64,000 nt of DNA from Fistulifera solaris (lineage: Eukaryota), in the NCBI GenBank assembly GCA_030295235.1, contig AP026123.1, forward strand, positions 2,108,001 through 2,172,000, read 5' to 3'. Shown piece by piece: positions 61,953 through 64,000 of the stretch (within the stretch, counting starts at the first letter, position 1; every line of letters begins with the position of its first letter). The position numbers were made by a program, and so were the translations under genes. The notes under the pieces were generated by a model that was given only the letters and a program-made list of their open reading frames with translations, was not told the origin of the DNA and did no database searches.

Positions 61953-63564
61953 TCATTCATCTCGAGACGCTTTCTTCGCAAGAGAATAGTCTTGATCTTG
62001 GAGTTTACGTTTCGAAGGGGCACTCCGGCCTGAATCTCCAAGGACGGGGTCAGAAGCAAGCGCCGCACCAACAGCGTCTACATCCAAATCTTGAATCCAC
62101 TCGCATAGCACGTCCGTGTGGTCTGCAAGCAACAATGCAGTGCGCTGAAAACTATTTGACGCGCTTTTCAACAGCGCCGATGATGTCAGCGATAGACGTT
62201 CGGAAGACGACTCGTTCACGAGATGTTTCGATCCACAATAGAATTGATTGAGGACATAGAGGTTGTCGATAGTGGATCCATTTGAGAATATGTTGCCGAG
62301 TGAGTCAAGTACCACGATGTTGCGGTTTCGCCAGAGCTGCCGCTCGAGCCAGAAAAAAGTCGACACGAAACGCATTTACAGCAATTGTACATATCCCTTC
62401 ATGCTCCCCCATGGACCTAAAAATATTCTCGAAGTGAATGGCCGAGTCCGAGTCCAATTCCTTGAAGGTGCTTAGATCCAAACAAGACAACTTTGGATTG
62501 GCATCAATGGCACGGATCAATGCTTGAGTCACATGCTCTAACATTTCGGAGCTCAGATGATGCCTGAACCAATAATTAGTGCCGATCGATAGTCGTTCAA
62601 AATGTCCTAGTTCGGACACTCGACCGAAGAATGATAATAAAAGCTCATCCCACTCGTCGTCCTCCTCTATAATAAATTCCACACTGAGGTCACTGGCCAC
62701 AATGCTGAGCGCTTTGAAATCGTCTGGGGCGACGTGATTTGCGCGTATGGTGCAATGCAACGCCTTCACTTTTGCAGCAAACGGAAGAAGGACGCATGTT
62801 CTCCCAAGATCAGGAATGCCAAGACTTTCAAAAATATCAAGTTTTAAAAGGCGATCCAAGTTGTAGTGATTCATAGGAGCGCCCCATTCAGGTGCAATAA
62901 AGTCAATACGAAGGGATCCAAAGGAGGAATGTCGTTTTTCCAGAGCATTGACAAATTCTGTCCCGCTATCCGTAAAATCAAAACGTGCGTGAAGTTTCAA
63001 CGTAAACGGATAAGGCCTCGATGCCAGAATGGCGGATTGCTCGGGGGTCCATTCCCCGGTGCTCAAAGTCAAAGCGCGTGTCGGATTTGAGTCCAATATC
63101 TGGGCGAGCTGCTCCGGTCGGAGGGCAGCGAAGTCGAAACGGCATCTTATACCATCTTCAGACGGATTGTCAAAGATGCAAAGAAACGACGTCGCATCGT
63201 TTTCCTGTTTCATGGACCAAAAAACCGTGGCAGTCTCCGCAACCGCATAATCCGTTTCCCCGAAAATCGCACCGTTCCACGAATAATTCGCGTCTTTAAT
63301 GTAGAACAAGACACATTTTTGGTAACTTCTCCAAGATGTATGGATTTCTATATTTGTAAAAGTGACGGTGTCATTCTTCCTCCAAATAGCAATCTTGCAA
63401 TACTTCTCCCAGTCAATCTCGTCGAGGCGGTTTAGGTCGCGCCGCAGTTCGTAATGTGTAAAGCACTGTGCTGTACCAGCTTCAATGAATTTTCTTTGCC
63501 GAGCGGTGAGCTCTTCCTCTGGAATGCGTTTCAAAACATTGTCGCTTTCGTTTGTTTCTTCCAT
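61953..63564 (-). CDS. Lineage-expanded RNI/LRR-like hypothetical protein, copy 3 (frameshift about 62345-62355)
   Basis: ORFs 62305-63564 and 61953-62375 align with copies 1 and 2. Confidence 0.8.
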
Positions 63565-63623
63565 GTTTAAGAATAAATAGTTGCAAGCTTATACAAGAGT
63601 TAAAGGCAGAGCGAACAACAAAC

Positions 63624-63756
63624 AGCAATGCGCTGCAACGTTCACAAGAAGCTCACGGCAAAAGTAAGACCGCCGCAAGCCGCGCTCTGTTTTGCTTGAA
63701 GCTAGCCGTAGCATGATGGTGACATGATCGAGAGGTCCCGCCAGGCATGACGTCGT
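63624..63756 (-). promoter_or_regulatory. Conserved upstream module of LRR-like family, copy 3
   Basis: Minus strand ACGACGTCATgccTGGCGGGACCT (63756-63733) and GCGCATTGCT (63633-63624). Confidence 0.7.
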
Positions 63757-64000
63757 TCGTTCACTGCGGAAGCGAGAAAGACAAGAAGGTCTTTTTGCGT
63801 GTCATCGTTTGTTTCGAGAAAATAAACGCCGTTCGCATTTTTTTCGTTTTCGTCTTTTGTGTTTTGCTCAAATACAATAGAGTTAGGGGTATTTGCTTGC
63901 GTGACCTCCTCCTTACCTGGTATCGTGAGGTGACGAACGACCTCCTCGTGACCCGCCTGACCTGCTGCGCGCCGTTTTGTAGCTCGCGCTTTTGAGACAA

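Noticed and set aside
63911..63960. CTTACCTGG resembling the U1 snRNA 5' end
   Set aside because: Lacks the ATAC start, the U1-70K loop (GATCA.GAAG) and stem I. Better explained as the TACCWGGTA motif or a minus-strand splice donor.
1..64000. tRNA, rRNA or CRISPR arrays
   Set aside because: None recognised by eye; a tRNAscan-SE or Rfam search would be needed to exclude them.

Overview
Gene-dense eukaryotic nuclear DNA from a diatom, most likely a raphid pennate such as Fistulifera. This is inferred from short GT-AG introns, bipartite plastid-targeting peptides, a CoDi-type Ty1/copia element and a lineage-expanded LRR-like family. About 23 protein genes are supported: Tpr-like nucleoporin, possible Nsl1, RIC1, CBP/p300, a plastid DUF2470-like protein, organellar TyrRS, PhoD, a double-PHD protein, three paralogous LRR-like genes, Nup98-Nup96, an EF-hand protein, two SDRs, GH16, a DinB-fold protein, IspF, a bZIP, Rad5/HLTF, Nnf1-like, malate synthase and one unknown. 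Many genes are split by 1-nt indels in homopolymers, most likely assembly errors, so gene coordinates are reconstructed by eye. About 3-12.3 kb is accessory DNA: a degenerate Ty1/copia element flanked by AT-rich sequence carrying decayed echoes of the RIC1 3' end. Best leads: (1) copia gag and pol are in frame, separated by one TGA-CTAG followed by a 7-bp hairpin, a stop-codon-readthrough signature; (2) all three divergent LRR-like paralogs carry the same upstream module (ACGACGTCAT-N3-TKGCGGGAYCT at about -200, GCGCATTGCT at -70 to -90) and a C-terminal NLS-like tail; (3) a chromodomain-like segment in copia Pol; (4) a GPI-type GH16 with a silaffin-like lysine cluster.
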